In this document: positions 62,563 through 64,000 of the stretch, in pieces
How positions within the stretch are numbered: position 1 is the first letter of the stretch
Layout: the number at the start of each line of letters is the position of its first letter
NCBI RefSeq assembly: GCF_009914755.1
Contig: NC_060925.1
Length of the DNA stretch: 64,000 nucleotides
From: the human T2T-CHM13v2.0 reference genome, Homo sapiens
Reading direction: 5' to 3' (one strand)
The notes under the pieces: model-generated
Seen by the model: the letters and a program-made list of their open reading frames with translations, nothing else
The model's database searches: none
What the model was told of the DNA's origin: nothing
Made by a program: the position numbers and the translations under genes

Positions 62563-62566
<4 letters not shown>

Positions 62567-62932
62567 AAATGGACTCTATAGTTAGAAGCTATTTTTGCAG
62601 TTAATAAAAATACTCCATTGCAAATCAATTACTGCACTCATTTTCATGATGCAAACTGTAAGGTTTATTAGTAATAATAATAACCTCCATGGAAACAAAA
62701 TAGAAAAAAAAAAACCAATTGAAAGAAAATTTTCACTGAATTTAAGAAATATCAACAAACTCTGTGTTCTTTTCTTTTAAAAACATTATTTCTGTTTCAT
62801 TAAATTTCTAAAGTAACCTTTCAAAACAAACATTATTTCTACTTTAAAAATTAAAAACCACCAACAAACCACCGCCACAACAACATACTACTAAGGAAAA
62901 GCCTCAAAACATGCCTTAGCGCCGGATGAATA

Positions 62933-63452
62933 CAGCAGTCCTCACTTATCTGAGGTTTTTCTTTCTGTGATTACAGTTACCCTTGGTCAACCTTGGTCCA
63001 AAAATATTAGATGAAAAATTCCAGAGATAAACAATTTGCAAGTTTTAGATTTGCAGTGTACTGAGTAGCTTGATGAAATCTCACACTATCCTGCTCTCTC
63101 TGGCCTGGAACATGAAACATCTCTTTGTATACCATATCCACACCATATGCATTACTGTCTTGGTTATCAGATTGACTATTGCAGTGCTTGTGTTCAAGTA
63201 ACCCTTATTTACTTAATAAGGTCCCAAAGCGCAAGTGTTGTGATGGTAGCATATTGTTATAAAGGTTCTATTTTATTATTAGTGATTATGGTTAACCTCT
63301 GACTGTGTCTAATTTATAAATTAAACTTTATCACAGGTATGTATGTTCAGGAAAACAACATAGTATACACACAAGGTTCAGTTTTATCTATGGTTTTAGG
63401 CATCCAGTGGGGGTCCTGGAACATATCCCCCTTGGATAAGGGGCAACTACCG
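62933..63452. mobile_element. MER44/Tigger7-family element
   Basis: TIR-like cagcagtcctcacttatc...gataaggggcaactac. Confidence 0.75.
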
Positions 63453-63840
63453 CACTCCTTTTCCAACTTGGGAGCCAGATCTTCAAACATAAAGTGCAAG
63501 GACTCATCATTTATTCTCTTTAGTTCTCCCTTCACTCAAAGGAAATTTAAAATTGCAAAATGAGTTCTCCATTCATGGTCTTATTTTAACAGTCTAGAAT
63601 ATCAGGCTCAAAATTGCGTGTTTACTCTGAATCTGTATTAGTGAAGATGACTGGTGGAAATCACTGAAAGAGAGAAGGATACGCTGTATTTAATTGTCTT
63701 TATAGTAGATAATTCAAAACCTTATGTACTTTGAACTATTTTACATTAACACAATAATACATAAACAGTGAATCACCATTCTTTCCCCTAAGGTAAAATT
63801 TTTAAAATTATATTATCAAAAGGACTACTTGTGGACTCAC

Positions 63841-63900
63841 AGTTTGGATCTCTGTGCCTGGTGTCCTTGTTGAGTGGGTGAGAATCCCTGTCTACTGAAC
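63841..63900 (-). other. PDC: PDC non-coding exon 1 (TSS approximate)
   Basis: Minus-strand donor ACT|gtgagt at 63840; unique non-repeat sequence with no ATG. Confidence 0.7.
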
Positions 63901-64000
63901 TCGTCTTGAACTTCAATAGGTTTAAGCTCAGATTTAAAATCTCCAGATATTGATGACCCTTGCAGAAATAGCTCTGAACAAGTAATAGGATTGACAGAAT
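63901..64000 (-). promoter_or_regulatory. PDC: PDC proximal promoter (truncated by window end)
   Basis: TATA-like TTTTAAA (minus strand) ~63933-63939; TAAGCT homeodomain-like site at 63923; AGGGTCA nuclear-receptor-like half-site ~63954-63960. Confidence 0.5.

Overview
Human-type genomic DNA (AT-rich, Alu/L1-rich), recognisable from its proteins as the ODR4 (C1orf27)-PDC locus. The + strand carries the last five coding exons of ODR4 (ending ...GISFHYFSD*) and the 44-aa intronic OCLM (oculomedin) ORF, which the ORF track missed. The - strand carries the complete four-exon phosducin gene PDC (246 aa, GC-AG intron 2), convergent with ODR4. The rest is transposon-derived: about 26 Alus, L1 fragments, a near full-length Tigger1, an LTR-int-LTR MLT1 element, LTR33 and several MITEs. 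The top finding is a ~1.2-kb TSD-flanked retro-insertion in PDC intron 1 (60992-62206). It consists of a poly(A) tail, ~1 kb of apparently foreign 3'-transduced DNA and an inverted, CpG-intact SVA fragment, consistent with twin priming. Also notable are a non-canonical TT 5' splice site in the ODR4 intron that hosts OCLM, overlapping sense/antisense exon candidates in PDC intron 1, a candidate ODR4 terminal exon lacking the TM anchor, and several templated-duplication scars. Repeat subfamilies are assigned from memory of consensus sequences, and repeat boundaries are approximate.
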